From IMG/VR virus record IMGVR_UViG_3300047400_000297, positions 1 to 37,991 of that record: a stretch of 37,991 bases of DNA; one strand, written 5' to 3'. The stretch's first letter is position 1. The number at the start of each line of letters is the position of its first letter. Positions 23,413 through 33,240 of the stretch are shown piece by piece. This DNA is from a virus. Taxonomy: Duplodnaviria > Caudoviricetes. A model generated the notes under the pieces. The model did not search any database. It saw only the letters and a list, made by a program, of their open reading frames with translations, and was not told the DNA's origin. The position numbers and the translations under genes are program-made.

Positions 23413-26332
23413 TGGTGTCCACCTCTCCGAAGTCCGACCCGTCCATGTGAATAGCATGAATCTCAAACATGCTAGTGTCGTCAAGTTGCAATCTAATTGC
23501 AAGTTCCTCACAATTAACGCCATCAATGCCAGCTTGACTATTCCTTGAATTAGAAATTCCTCCAGGAATAGTGGTCATTGATTGAGCATCAGACGTTCTG
23601 TTGGTGTAATGCTGCGTAACTGCTACACTTCCGCCAATGTTTGTAAATGTCGCAGAAGTTGGGGTTGGCTTAATTGTACCATGAATTCCAATACTGTCGA
23701 TGGCCGCTTCTTGTCCCAGATTTCCAAAGCCTATCTCGCGGGTCAAGATATCGGCAGGTAGGCCACCAATAGGATCATTGTAAGTAGTAGAATCCGAACT
23801 GTCTTCTCTGTAAAGTTTGCCAGCAAACTGCCCATCAACTAATAAAGTTCCAGACATGCCATAAATTGGTACCCAAGAACCTGTATTGCGTTTTAAAACT
23901 GTTCCACATGAGACACTTCCAAATGAATCAATTGTGGAATATTTAGTCCACTTAAGTCCACCACCTTGCTTTGCATGAATAGCTGCATAAGAACCAGCCC
24001 ACCCTACAGCTGCAGTAAGCAGCCGCAAGGTTTGTGTCCTTGGATCATTAATCAGTCCCTTAATAATGGAATAAACTGAGGTTGCGTTAGTTGGACTCAT
24101 AACAGCTTTAATAGATGGCCCAACCCATAACAGGTCTTGGCTTAACTTGCGAATTGCGTAGCCATCCGTCGAAAAAATGCCGTTGGCATCTACAAATGCC
24201 AGCTCTTGCTGTCCACTCTGGTTGGTGAAGACGCAAGCTGCTGCCGGATTCACAATGCCAATGGATCCCGAGACAAGGCTAACTGCCTCTCCTCGAGAAA
24301 AGCCAGCATCGTCCTGATTGGGCAAGTAATTAATGCGCCACAGGTTTCCTCGTGTGCCCACTACCAATCGATCATTGACAACATTAATAGATGTAATCTT
24401 GTCGTTGTTGACTCCAGGCAACTCCAGCCAATAAACATCTTTTGGAAAAGCGTCTGGAAATCCGGGCAACGAATAATAAAGTCGGTTTGGCGTGTCTTTA
24501 GAATCCGTTACCAGTGCGCCTTGAAACATGGCACCACAACTGGCAATCGGCCCTTTGTTGCGCGAGCCAAACGCCACCTGCACACCATTCTGCTCAATGG
24601 TTACGGCATCATAAAATTGGCCGCGCTTATTAATTTGCGTTGGATCAATTTCCCCAGCAGAATTATAATAAATGTTCATGCTAACACTATCAATATCAAG
24701 CCAAATTTCAGAACTAGTATTAAGAAATTCAATTAACAACGAGACTCCAAAATATGGCCCAACATCTGACGTCTTCCACGTATATGGCGACACAATAAAA
24801 TTTGGCTTAACTGTACTTGAATTAGATTTTCCAAAACCAATATTTGTAAAATCGCCGCTTTCGCATGGCTTAACTTGTGTACCTGGATTTCCACTAAAAA
24901 GTGGAGGTATATATAGGCCCCTGTCACCACTAAGCATTCGCCCAAATGGATCCCAGTCTGATTGATGTACTGCATTAGAACCAGGTGTATACCATGCACC
25001 ACCAAACGTTTTAGGTGAACCGCCCTCAGCTGGGTGCGGCTTAAAACTTTTTCCAGCTACAGTTTCCGGCCCATCTACAGCATCATAAACAACAGGCATA
25101 GCTTTAATTTGGACATTATTAGAAGAATTTGTGCGCGCTTTTACTACAACATCAATTCCAGAAATAGTTCCAGAAAACGTACCAAAATCAAATCCCCTAA
25201 ATCCAAGGCCAACTTGAACATTACCATAGCCAGCGCCACCAGAAATCCATGATCCATTAGTGCCATCCACCCACCCATTTGCACCTTTAACTGCTTTAAT
25301 TCGAATATAACCGCCACCACTAGCAGACACTGCCTCAGTAAGAGTTGCGGCGCCACCACTTGCTACAGCAGTAAAAAGAGTAGAATAATCATGCGTTCCA
25401 AATGCATCATTAACAATCCCACCAAATTGCGACTCAAGAATTCCACATAAAATTGTTGCTGCTTTTGGTCCAGTATTAGCTACTGATGCTGTATCCTTAA
25501 ATACAGGCCTTAAAATATTTCCGCCAGAAGTATCAATTTGTTGTGTTTCACCAATCTTACGGCCAACAGGATATTGCCTATCATTAATTTGTAACTTTTT
25601 TTCGCTACGATACACATTGTAATGCAACTTAGCATTATACTTTAATGCATAATCTTTGTTAGCTGGCGTTGTTGGCAAATTAAATACAGGCGCCGCGGCA
25701 AGGTCTTTAATTTCGTAAGTAAGTGGGGCTTTTTCAAAAGTACTTTCAAGAATTTGCCCATCAGAAAATGTCAATGATTCAGTATACCAATACTCGTAAT
25801 ATCCAGTAGCATCAACTCCAGCCGCAGCACTTGCATATTCTCCATCTAAATCATTCATTAATCGATAAAAACTAAAGCCGCCATCTACGGCCGGCTTTAA
25901 GCCGTGCGGCCTAAACGTGCCATCCCGCAGGTATACAAGATTTTCGTTGTTGCCATTAAATAAGTAGTGGCGATCGTCTGCCATTACCGAAACAAGATAA
26001 TCCCCAGAAGCCAATGCACTTGCACTGGCGTATGGCATGCCCGTAGCTGACTCGGCGCTAGACACGGCGTACATGCTGTAGTTTGTGCCGCCACTTGCGT
26101 AGACTTGTTGAGAAATCAAGTCGTGACGGCCGTTGGTAAACCGGCAGGCCGCCAACCCGGCCGGCTTGTATTGTGCGCTGGCAAGTAATGACACGCCTGG
26201 AATGCGGCTTAGGTGCTCATTGTCCTGATAATACATGCAATTGTAAGCGCCTTGAAGTTCGCCAGGCTGCAACGTCGATGGGTCTTGGCTGGTGACCATG
26301 CCGCCGTTTAATGATTCAGTAATTCTTGCCAT
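23405..26332 (-). CDS. Tail nozzle / stabilization protein (P22 gp10 / T7 gp12-like) with large central insertion
   Basis: N-terminal LNGGM...DP..LQPGE....N, propeller-like RLYYS..GFPDAF, ITSI, SGSIG, DANGIFSTDG..IRKLS. Synteny. Confidence 0.7.
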   Translation of the reverse strand: MARITESLNGGMVTSQDPSTLQPGELQGAYNCMYYQDNEHLSRIPGVSLLASAQYKPAGLAACRFTNGRHDLISQQVYASGGTNYSMYAVSSAESATGMPYASASALASGDYLVSVMADDRHYLFNGNNENLVYLRDGTFRPHGLKPAVDGGFSFYRLMNDLDGEYASAAAGVDATGYYEYWYTESLTFSDGQILESTFEKAPLTYEIKDLAAAPVFNLPTTPANKDYALKYNAKLHYNVYRSEKKLQINDRQYPVGRKIGETQQIDTSGGNILRPVFKDTASVANTGPKAATILCGILESQFGGIVNDAFGTHDYSTLFTAVASGGAATLTEAVSASGGGYIRIKAVKGANGWVDGTNGSWISGGAGYGNVQVGLGFRGFDFGTFSGTISGIDVVVKARTNSSNNVQIKAMPVVYDAVDGPETVAGKSFKPHPAEGGSPKTFGGAWYTPGSNAVHQSDWDPFGRMLSGDRGLYIPPLFSGNPGTQVKPCESGDFTNIGFGKSNSSTVKPNFIVSPYTWKTSDVGPYFGVSLLIEFLNTSSEIWLDIDSVSMNIYYNSAGEIDPTQINKRGQFYDAVTIEQNGVQVAFGSRNKGPIASCGAMFQGALVTDSKDTPNRLYYSLPGFPDAFPKDVYWLELPGVNNDKITSINVVNDRLVVGTRGNLWRINYLPNQDDAGFSRGEAVSLVSGSIGIVNPAAACVFTNQSGQQELAFVDANGIFSTDGYAIRKLSQDLLWVGPSIKAVMSPTNATSVYSIIKGLINDPRTQTLRLLTAAVGWAGSYAAIHAKQGGGLKWTKYSTIDSFGSVSCGTVLKRNTGSWVPIYGMSGTLLVDGQFAGKLYREDSSDSTTYNDPIGGLPADILTREIGFGNLGQEAAIDSIGIHGTIKPTPTSATFTNIGGSVAVTQHYTNRTSDAQSMTTIPGGISNSRNSQAGIDGVNCEELAIRLQLDDTSMFEIHAIHMDGSDFGEVDTSA

Positions 26333-27414
26333 TAGAACCACCCATTTGTGCGGAACCGGCCAAGCGGTGGGGGAGGACTGCCAATCTCAAACGTGACATC
26401 CCGATCCTCATCTTCCTCATTAAATCGCCGCGCCTCTTGCAGTTCGTCTTCCGCCTTCTGCATAAAGTAACCTAGCCTGCCCTCAGGCGCGCCGAGACCA
26501 GCAAGAAAGTGCGCAGTAGCCTTGGCCAGAATGCCATCCTCAAAGTCTACTGGCATATCTAAAATCTTGTCGTTTCCACCAAACGCCAACGTAATCGGAA
26601 TATTATAAACTGGGCTTGGCGGATCTGGCGGAATTGGATACATGCCAACAAGATTAATGGCCACATTATTTGCATTTACAGTATTGGAATTGCTGCTAAA
26701 TCCAGTATACGTTGGGTATTCTACAAGTGGACTAATTCCAATAGCCCAGCCTTCCCAATCTTGGTTATTTCCAGTAGCTGCAACCGTAGCTGCTACTGGA
26801 CTACCAAGCGTGACATTGGCCATTGCCGCATATCCATCAATCTCAGAAACCTCTGGGCTTCCACCCGAAGTAAAATGGCAAAGCGTCGCAACGCCATCTG
26901 TATTAATGTAGGAATTTGGGAACGTCCAATTAATGGTGGCCTGCACGCCAGACACATTGCATGGAACCCACATGCGCCGATAATACCGCATGCGCAAAGT
27001 GGTGGCAGCATTTACTGGCGGCGTAATTGTAATAATATTCTGGCCATCGGCCGCAAATAAATCATAGCCCATTGGCTCGCCCTGCACCGTCTGGTTACTA
27101 ATAAGGCGATCATACAGTCGCCGATTAGTATTTACCAGCGCATGCTGCCGGCCATTGCTTTCAACCCGCAAATCATAAACATCCTTAAAGTCATAAGGCA
27201 GCGCAAATGTATTTGCGCCAAGCGCCATGCTAATGTCTGGCGCCTGCTTCATTAGCCACCGCCAATTATAGCGGTTCCAATATTGCACCGCCTTTTGCAG
27301 CGCAACACCAGCTCGCTCTAAGAACTCACTGGTGTTTTGCTTGCTCGCCTGCTGCGCGATCTGGGTCTTGGCAGCGCCAAACGTTAAATTAGTCCGAAGT
27401 CTTTGTCTCGACAA
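26332..27414 (-). CDS. Head-tail adaptor / tail tubular A-like protein with insertion
   Basis: YNWRWL, FALPYDF, GEP..Y, ITPP, MRYYR, then MPVDFEDGI. TTG start 7 nt after GGAG. Confidence 0.65.
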   Translation of the reverse strand: MSRQRLRTNLTFGAAKTQIAQQASKQNTSEFLERAGVALQKAVQYWNRYNWRWLMKQAPDISMALGANTFALPYDFKDVYDLRVESNGRQHALVNTNRRLYDRLISNQTVQGEPMGYDLFAADGQNIITITPPVNAATTLRMRYYRRMWVPCNVSGVQATINWTFPNSYINTDGVATLCHFTSGGSPEVSEIDGYAAMANVTLGSPVAATVAATGNNQDWEGWAIGISPLVEYPTYTGFSSNSNTVNANNVAINLVGMYPIPPDPPSPVYNIPITLAFGGNDKILDMPVDFEDGILAKATAHFLAGLGAPEGRLGYFMQKAEDELQEARRFNEEDEDRDVTFEIGSPPPPLGRFRTNGWF

Positions 27415-28648
27415 TTTCATTCTCCAATGGCTCTGGCGGCGTGGCCACAGCCTTGCGCCCATCCCGCAGCGCCTGATAGGCCTCAAGCAACTTAGGAACG
27501 TGCACGTAGGGTGAACGATTGGTGCGGACCCAATCCTTAGCATTTGCAGCAATGGTCTTGCGCAGTGTCGCATCCTCAATCAGCGCACACAACTTAGTCT
27601 CAAACTCCTCAACACTATTAAACAGCATGCCCGTCTCGCCCTCAATGATCTCCGCCTTATAAGGGCCGGTGTTCTCGGCGAGAGTGGCAGCGGGCTTCCA
27701 GGTCGCAGCACTCTCATACATGCGGATACACGATCGAGACCGATTGAACTCGCTATCATGCAATGGAGCAATGTTGATGTCATGCCCAAACATACTCATA
27801 TAAAGGATGTATTGGTTGTATTCCACCCAGCGCATGACAGTCGTGCGCTCCGGCACTAATTCTTGCACGAGCCATTCATAGGGCGAACCAAACAGAATGA
27901 GCTCAACATTCTCGTACTTCCGCTGAATCTTGCCCAACACCTTTCGGAGCGGCCAGATGTCTTCAAAGTGGCAGCTGCTGCTTTGCCACAAGATGCGGAC
28001 CTTGTCATCCTCGGCAATGCGCACCTTTGGCCAATCACCAAGGTCAATGCAATTCGGGAAAATGTGGATGTTCTCATGGCCTGTCTCGCGGCGAACATAT
28101 GCGGCGCTGCCCTCAGTGGTGCAAGTCACAAGGTCAGCAGCTGCCATGTTGCGGCGAATGCCAGCCAGCCGCTCACGGTTTGCGGCAATACTAAAGTCAT
28201 TCTTGCCATCTTCAAACAACGTCTTAGTCTTGCCATCTTCGCCTACTACACTAACCGCGTCGCCATCTTGGAGTGGCCGATCCTCAACCTGCACGCCCAA
28301 ATACTTGAAGGCTGGGTTAAGTGGCTCAACACGAAACAGGTCGTCGTCTGTATCGTAGACAAAACTAGGGCCAACATTCCACTTATCTGCCGTTTCCCAA
28401 TACGACGGAAACCCCCTGGCAATATCACGGGAGGTCACAAATGAATCAGCGTAAGACTGATAATGCTGCACAATGTCAGCATACATAGTTGCCTGCGCGC
28501 GCCGCTCTAACTCATTTTCAATCTTAAGATCAAATTGATCAATGATGGGGTCGGCAATCTTCATGCGGGTAGCGGTGCGCCACGGCATAATGGTGCGGTA
28601 CCAGTTGCTTGCGTTGTACTTGGTGGGACAGGCAGAATAAAGCTTCAC
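27389..28648 (-). CDS. Glycosyltransferase (GT-B fold, GT4-like)
   Basis: WYR...P, VYDTDDDLF, ADLVTCTT, FPNCID, DINIAPL....FNRSRS.IR.YE, I.EGETGML. Confidence 0.85.
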   Translation of the reverse strand: MKLYSACPTKYNASNWYRTIMPWRTATRMKIADPIIDQFDLKIENELERRAQATMYADIVQHYQSYADSFVTSRDIARGFPSYWETADKWNVGPSFVYDTDDDLFRVEPLNPAFKYLGVQVEDRPLQDGDAVSVVGEDGKTKTLFEDGKNDFSIAANRERLAGIRRNMAAADLVTCTTEGSAAYVRRETGHENIHIFPNCIDLGDWPKVRIAEDDKVRILWQSSSCHFEDIWPLRKVLGKIQRKYENVELILFGSPYEWLVQELVPERTTVMRWVEYNQYILYMSMFGHDINIAPLHDSEFNRSRSCIRMYESAATWKPAATLAENTGPYKAEIIEGETGMLFNSVEEFETKLCALIEDATLRKTIAANAKDWVRTNRSPYVHVPKLLEAYQALRDGRKAVATPPEPLENEIVETKTSD

Positions 28649-28656
28649 AGCGCCTC

Positions 28657-29100
28657 CTAGCTAAATAAGTTTTCTCTGGTGGGAGTGATGCCGCCCTTGC
28701 TCTTGTGCTTGTTGGGCCGGCCATCTAATTCTGGGTGTTCGCGGAGAAACCCATAAAACTTGTTGTCGTCCTTCCACCACTCCGGATCATCCGGATACTT
28801 GCTGGCTCCGAGGGCCAGGAACAAGTGCATGCTCATGCGGCTTTCAAATTGACCATTGCCAGTATTGACACCGGCCTTAGCCCCAAACTGCTTTGCTTCT
28901 TGCGACATTGCATCGTTGTAACCAATGATGTGGCTGTTCGCCCGAGCCAGCTTTGCGTCCCACTGCATAAACTTCTTTTGGTCTTGCGCAATAATGGCTT
29001 CATAGGCGTCGCGAGTCAGCTCTTGGGGGCCAGCCTCTTGGTCCTTCCGAATGACCTCGTCAATTTCATCTTGTCCAACCACATACTTAAAACGATTCAT
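28657..29100 (-). CDS. Hypothetical protein downstream of major capsid
   Basis: ATG 29100 preceded by GGAG. W..D..FY.FL..HPE tail seen in phage head-region proteins. Confidence 0.7.
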   Translation of the reverse strand: MNRFKYVVGQDEIDEVIRKDQEAGPQELTRDAYEAIIAQDQKKFMQWDAKLARANSHIIGYNDAMSQEAKQFGAKAGVNTGNGQFESRMSMHLFLALGASKYPDDPEWWKDDNKFYGFLREHPELDGRPNKHKSKGGITPTRENLFS

Positions 29101-29118
29101 GCGGAGCTCCAAACAGCA

Positions 29119-29144
29119 GGTGGGGCAGCCGAAGCTGCCCCACC
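29119..29144 (-). terminator. Stable C(UUCG)G hairpin after the capsid gene; weak terminator or mRNA stabiliser
   Basis: Minus strand GGTGGGGCAGC-TTCG-GCTGCCCCACC (11 bp), followed by TGCTGTTT. Confidence 0.7.
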
Positions 29145-29151
29145 CACAGTC

Positions 29152-30216
29152 TTAGGTGATGATACCAGCGGCGTGACCAAGCGCGGTCGGGTGCAGCACC
29201 TCGGTCGTACAAGCGCCAAGCACATAAACCTTGACGTTGTCGCCCGTGGTCGCAACCTGATACGGCTTGATGGGGCGCCACCACGCAACACGGAGCTTGG
29301 CCTTCTCCACAAGGAAGTAGGCCGCGTTCTCACTATGCGCAGTCGCATTCGCCGTGACGGTCTGCTGCGGCATCCAGCGATCAACGACCATCGCCACACG
29401 ACCGAAATCGGTGCGGATGAAGTCAATCACCGGGCCGTACTCGCCGCCATTGATGACGTTGGCGCTCTGGACACCCGGAATACCCTGATTGCCATTCTGG
29501 CTGGTCGGGTACGAGGTATCGCCAAGCAGCACACGGCTGATGTCGCTCTTGACGCCCGGGCTCACAAACAGCGTGTCCGGCTTCGCGCCGGCCGCCCACA
29601 TGTTCTCGTGCAGCGTATAGAACTGCGCCGTCGAGAACGTCGTGTTAGCAACCGTCGCCGAGACACCCGAAGCATGCGCAAACGAACGGAACGTAGCCAT
29701 CGTCGGCGCCGACGAATCGGTGCCAAGCGAAGAACCAAAGGTAGCCGAACCAAGCGCCCAAAGTCGGGCATCAATGTTACGGTTAACCTCTTGGCTCGCC
29801 TTGCCCGTCTGGTAGCTCAGTTCGTCCGACACACCAAAGATCTGGCCACGCTGGCTGAGCATAAGCTCATCCGTCGTGATGCTCCAGTCCTGGCGGAACC
29901 ACTGAACCGAGTTCCAGAGACGCGTGCGCGCCTTAAGCGTCTTAACATTATTGACCGGCGAAGAAGCACCCCACTCGTCACCCTGGATAGCACCAGCGGT
30001 GCTGGTCGCCTGGAGGGTGTCGATGAACCACTCGTGGCGCAGGCCATTCGTGGTCGTCTTGGCAAGTACAGCAAGGGTCATCGCCTCGTCCGGGTCAATC
30101 ATGGTCAGCGTGTTCATCGCGTCTTCGCGCGTACCAATCGCGGAAACACCAGCACCGCTGGCCGAGTAGGGATACCCTACGGAATAACTACTAAATGCAC
30201 TACTAGGAATAGCCAT
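29152..30216 (-). CDS. Major capsid protein (DUF5309 / SU10-like HK97 fold)
   Basis: GTREDA...I.P.E, HEWFIDTL, RLWNSVQWF, ELSYQ..K...E....I, TDFG.V.MV.DRWMP. Confidence 0.88.
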   Translation of the reverse strand: MAIPSSAFSSYSVGYPYSASGAGVSAIGTREDAMNTLTMIDPDEAMTLAVLAKTTTNGLRHEWFIDTLQATSTAGAIQGDEWGASSPVNNVKTLKARTRLWNSVQWFRQDWSITTDELMLSQRGQIFGVSDELSYQTGKASQEVNRNIDARLWALGSATFGSSLGTDSSAPTMATFRSFAHASGVSATVANTTFSTAQFYTLHENMWAAGAKPDTLFVSPGVKSDISRVLLGDTSYPTSQNGNQGIPGVQSANVINGGEYGPVIDFIRTDFGRVAMVVDRWMPQQTVTANATAHSENAAYFLVEKAKLRVAWWRPIKPYQVATTGDNVKVYVLGACTTEVLHPTALGHAAGIIT

Positions 30217-30986
30217 TATTGCCTCAGTTCAGCCGCAATATGGGGCGGCAGCTGGACCTTGAAATCCGGGAACAGCATCGAATACGCAGCACGACGGTCG
30301 CCCGTCCGATGCCCATACGCAATGGCTTGATTCAGGATGTCTTGGGTCTGCTGCGGCTCGACCTGCCGGTTGAGCTGCGCGCTCTGGTTTGGCAGAGACG
30401 CCTGAGCCTTAGCAGCCATACTGCCAGCATCCGCTGGCGGATTGGCAGAACGCCAAGCCTGCAAGGCCGTCTTGCCAGCCAGATCATACAGCCCAGCCTG
30501 GTTGAGCCGTGCCACATCATTAGCAGCCTGTGGATTGTTTTGGAGCCAGCTCATGATAGCTGTCTCATTCTGAATGTAGTCCGGCGCACTCGTGGCCAAC
30601 TCTTGCCTTGCTCGGGCAGCCTGTTGGATGGGGGCGAAGGCGTTCTCCAGCATGGTACCCGCTTCTTCGCGGATAGCCTGACGGAGCAACTCCTTCTTCA
30701 CCAACGACTCCTCTTCCAGCTGGTCGAACGCCGACTGCCGGCTCGCGGCCATGGCAGAGGGGTCCGGGCGCTGGCTCAGGGCTTGGTAGGCCTGCGATGC
30801 ATAATTGTTAAGCTCCCAATACCCGCGACGAGCTTCGTCAACAGACTTGTACTTGCCGTCAAAAACGGACTGTAAAAGCTGCTGTTCGAGAGCGGACTTG
30901 TCTTGCTCAGGGTTGACCTGATGGGTTTGGTCGGTCGACGGGGTTGGCCCGCCTTGTTGGTACTGCTGATCCATGATTGGCTCCAT
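30216..30986 (-). CDS. Capsid scaffolding protein, putative
   Basis: GKYKSVDE...GY.EL motif, helical, TAATG-coupled to the capsid gene. Confidence 0.7.
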   Translation of the reverse strand: MEPIMDQQYQQGGPTPSTDQTHQVNPEQDKSALEQQLLQSVFDGKYKSVDEARRGYWELNNYASQAYQALSQRPDPSAMAASRQSAFDQLEEESLVKKELLRQAIREEAGTMLENAFAPIQQAARARQELATSAPDYIQNETAIMSWLQNNPQAANDVARLNQAGLYDLAGKTALQAWRSANPPADAGSMAAKAQASLPNQSAQLNRQVEPQQTQDILNQAIAYGHRTGDRRAAYSMLFPDFKVQLPPHIAAELRQ

Positions 30987-30997
30987 CTGAGGTAGGC

Positions 30998-31315
30998 TCA
31001 GTGGTTGGGGTTTTCAGCCAGGAAACCTGGCTCGTTGGCGGAGTTTACCACATCCCCCGCTTCTTGCGGGTTCTCCTGAATCGAGGCAGCCGCTTGCTGC
31101 ACCCGATTCTCGATAAACAGCACATCATCCAGCAGCTGGATGGCCTCGCGGGCGGCCATAATGTCGGCTGGATTAGAGTAGTTGTAGACGAGCCCCTGCA
31201 TCCGCTCGTTTCGCAGGCGCTCCAGTTCTGGCTTGAAGCAACGCACCCACCCCTTAGAAGCAAACATACTCTGCAGGGCGTGCACAAATTCAAGCTGGGT
31301 CATGTTATCGGTCAC
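30998..31315 (-). CDS. Hypothetical protein between portal and scaffold
   Basis: GTGA overlap with portal. S.GW helical motif common at this position. Confidence 0.65.
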   Translation of the reverse strand: MTDNMTQLEFVHALQSMFASKGWVRCFKPELERLRNERMQGLVYNYSNPADIMAAREAIQLLDDVLFIENRVQQAAASIQENPQEAGDVVNSANEPGFLAENPNH

Positions 31316-33240
31316 GGTCCAACTCCAAGGGGCGCATTGTCTGTAGGCTCAGTCCCCTTTTGGACTGGAGCCATCATCTGATTGCTGGCGCCTCCTCCAG
31401 CAAACGACATCGGATCTTGCCCGGACATTGCCAAAATCTGCTCTGGCGGCAGTCCTGCTTGCTGCGCAAACTGCTGCATTTGCGGCAGCTGCACCAGCAT
31501 CTCATCAGTATCCCAATCATACAGCGAGAAAATCTTCCGGGCCATTGCCACCCAATTGACCATCTGGAGCCAGGCCGGATTGCTCATCATGACCTGCGCC
31601 AGTTGCAATGCATCCGCACGTTGCGCACTCTTAGTCAGCATGAAGCCCGGCCCGAAGGCCTTTGCCTTCCAGTCGTGGTTCAACTCATGCGGCATAGTGA
31701 TCATGCCCTCTTCTGGGGGCATGGGCATGCCGGTGATCTCATTCAGCACGGCCCGGGTACCAATCATGCTGAACTGCTTTGGCAGCGGCAGCATGGTCTT
31801 ATTCATGTCTCGGAACAACTCGGCCATCGGCTCCACAAGTTCCGCACTCGCCAACATGGCCTCAAGGGCCAGACGGGTCATGGCGGCCTCCTGCTGCCCA
31901 ACAAACTGGCGGGCCGTCACATCACCACCACCAGTATCCATGCCCATCACAGCTCGCTCGTCGATGCCCGTGCCCTTCTGGGCATAACTGTCAAGGAACC
32001 CAATCTCCTGGAACGCCATGGCCATCGGCTGCATATTGATGGGCAGCGCCTGAATAATCTCATTCAGCGGCCGCCCCTTAGCATTGACCTGAAACACCTT
32101 GCCCGGCTTCGTGAACATGTTCTGGGTCTGCACGGAACCCTGCGCGGCAATGAACATCGGCTTCACAAACAAATCAAAGCCATCCAGCTTCTGGTTGGCC
32201 AGTCGGCTCGCGGCGGCCTGCAGTGGCTCGGCAATCTGCGCCTTGCCAATGCCCACAAAGTGATAGGGGTCCGGCGTCGGGCTATAGTGCAGAATGCGGT
32301 GGCGCCCCAACAGCAACTTGTCTGGCTCGTTGCGCAGGATAACACGGCCATTGCCAATGGTAATCACGCGATTGCGGACACCATCTGGCGCAAACTCATA
32401 GGGCACCAGACCACGCATCTCCCAAATCTCAACTGGCTTGGCAAACGCAGTCCTCGTGGCCGCCCCGAGATAATCAGAGAAACTTCGGTAACGGCTGTAG
32501 GTCAGGAACTCATCCGACGCATTGGAAGGGCTGGGCAGCGTGCTCTGCGCCAGCTCAGCAATGGCCTCCGGGCTGAACGACTGCATGCCATCAGCACTGT
32601 TCATCTCAAGGATATCATCAAAGTCCACCCAATACCGGCGGATGTACCAGCCCATGTCCTTGATGTGACACTTGCCCGGCTCGGGCCAGAAGTCGAGCAG
32701 GTCGACGACATCCCAATTCGGCCCGTCGAACTCCGTGATGATGCTGGAGGCCTCGGTCATTTGCGTGGTACCGGGGATGTAAGTGCGGAACTGGCGCAAC
32801 CGGTTGATGGTGCTCCAGCCTACCTCGGCAATGGCAGTACCATTAATGTCCGCCTGCATAAAGAAGCGGGTCGCCTTGCGAAAACTGTCCGCCTCCTTAA
32901 GTTGCAGGTTGATGAGCAGCTCATTCTTCTTGGCAATGGCCCCTGCGCCATTAGGAAAGCCCTGGAAAGAAATGACTGGCCAACTGCCAAAGATGGCATT
33001 GACCTTCTTGGCCACGTCAACCATGATAGTCGAGAAGACAATGGGCAACGAAAGGTCGTTTAGGTAGTTGGCAATCTTGCCCGTGTAAATGCCATTGAAG
33101 GCGTCGTTCCAGCGCTGGGTTGCCTTGTAGCGGGATCGCACATAATCAAGCGAGCTCTGCTTGCGGTCAGTGACTAGCCGCAAAAGATCATGCGAACGTG
33201 GGTCCGCAGGATTAGGAAGATAGTTGTTGGTGCCAATCAT
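31312..33240 (-). CDS. Portal protein
   Basis: 642 aa. NGTAIAEVGW, DFWPEP, VEIWE, P.PYHFVGIG, TARQ, Gln-rich tail. Position after TerL. Confidence 0.88.
   Translation of the reverse strand: MIGTNNYLPNPADPRSHDLLRLVTDRKQSSLDYVRSRYKATQRWNDAFNGIYTGKIANYLNDLSLPIVFSTIMVDVAKKVNAIFGSWPVISFQGFPNGAGAIAKKNELLINLQLKEADSFRKATRFFMQADINGTAIAEVGWSTINRLRQFRTYIPGTTQMTEASSIITEFDGPNWDVVDLLDFWPEPGKCHIKDMGWYIRRYWVDFDDILEMNSADGMQSFSPEAIAELAQSTLPSPSNASDEFLTYSRYRSFSDYLGAATRTAFAKPVEIWEMRGLVPYEFAPDGVRNRVITIGNGRVILRNEPDKLLLGRHRILHYSPTPDPYHFVGIGKAQIAEPLQAAASRLANQKLDGFDLFVKPMFIAAQGSVQTQNMFTKPGKVFQVNAKGRPLNEIIQALPINMQPMAMAFQEIGFLDSYAQKGTGIDERAVMGMDTGGGDVTARQFVGQQEAAMTRLALEAMLASAELVEPMAELFRDMNKTMLPLPKQFSMIGTRAVLNEITGMPMPPEEGMITMPHELNHDWKAKAFGPGFMLTKSAQRADALQLAQVMMSNPAWLQMVNWVAMARKIFSLYDWDTDEMLVQLPQMQQFAQQAGLPPEQILAMSGQDPMSFAGGGASNQMMAPVQKGTEPTDNAPLGVGP

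Noticed and set aside
28735-33063. 531-aa and 567-aa + strand ORFs opposite capsid and portal
   Set aside because: Shadow ORFs of biased, high-GC genes with His/Arg/Leu-rich nonsense composition.
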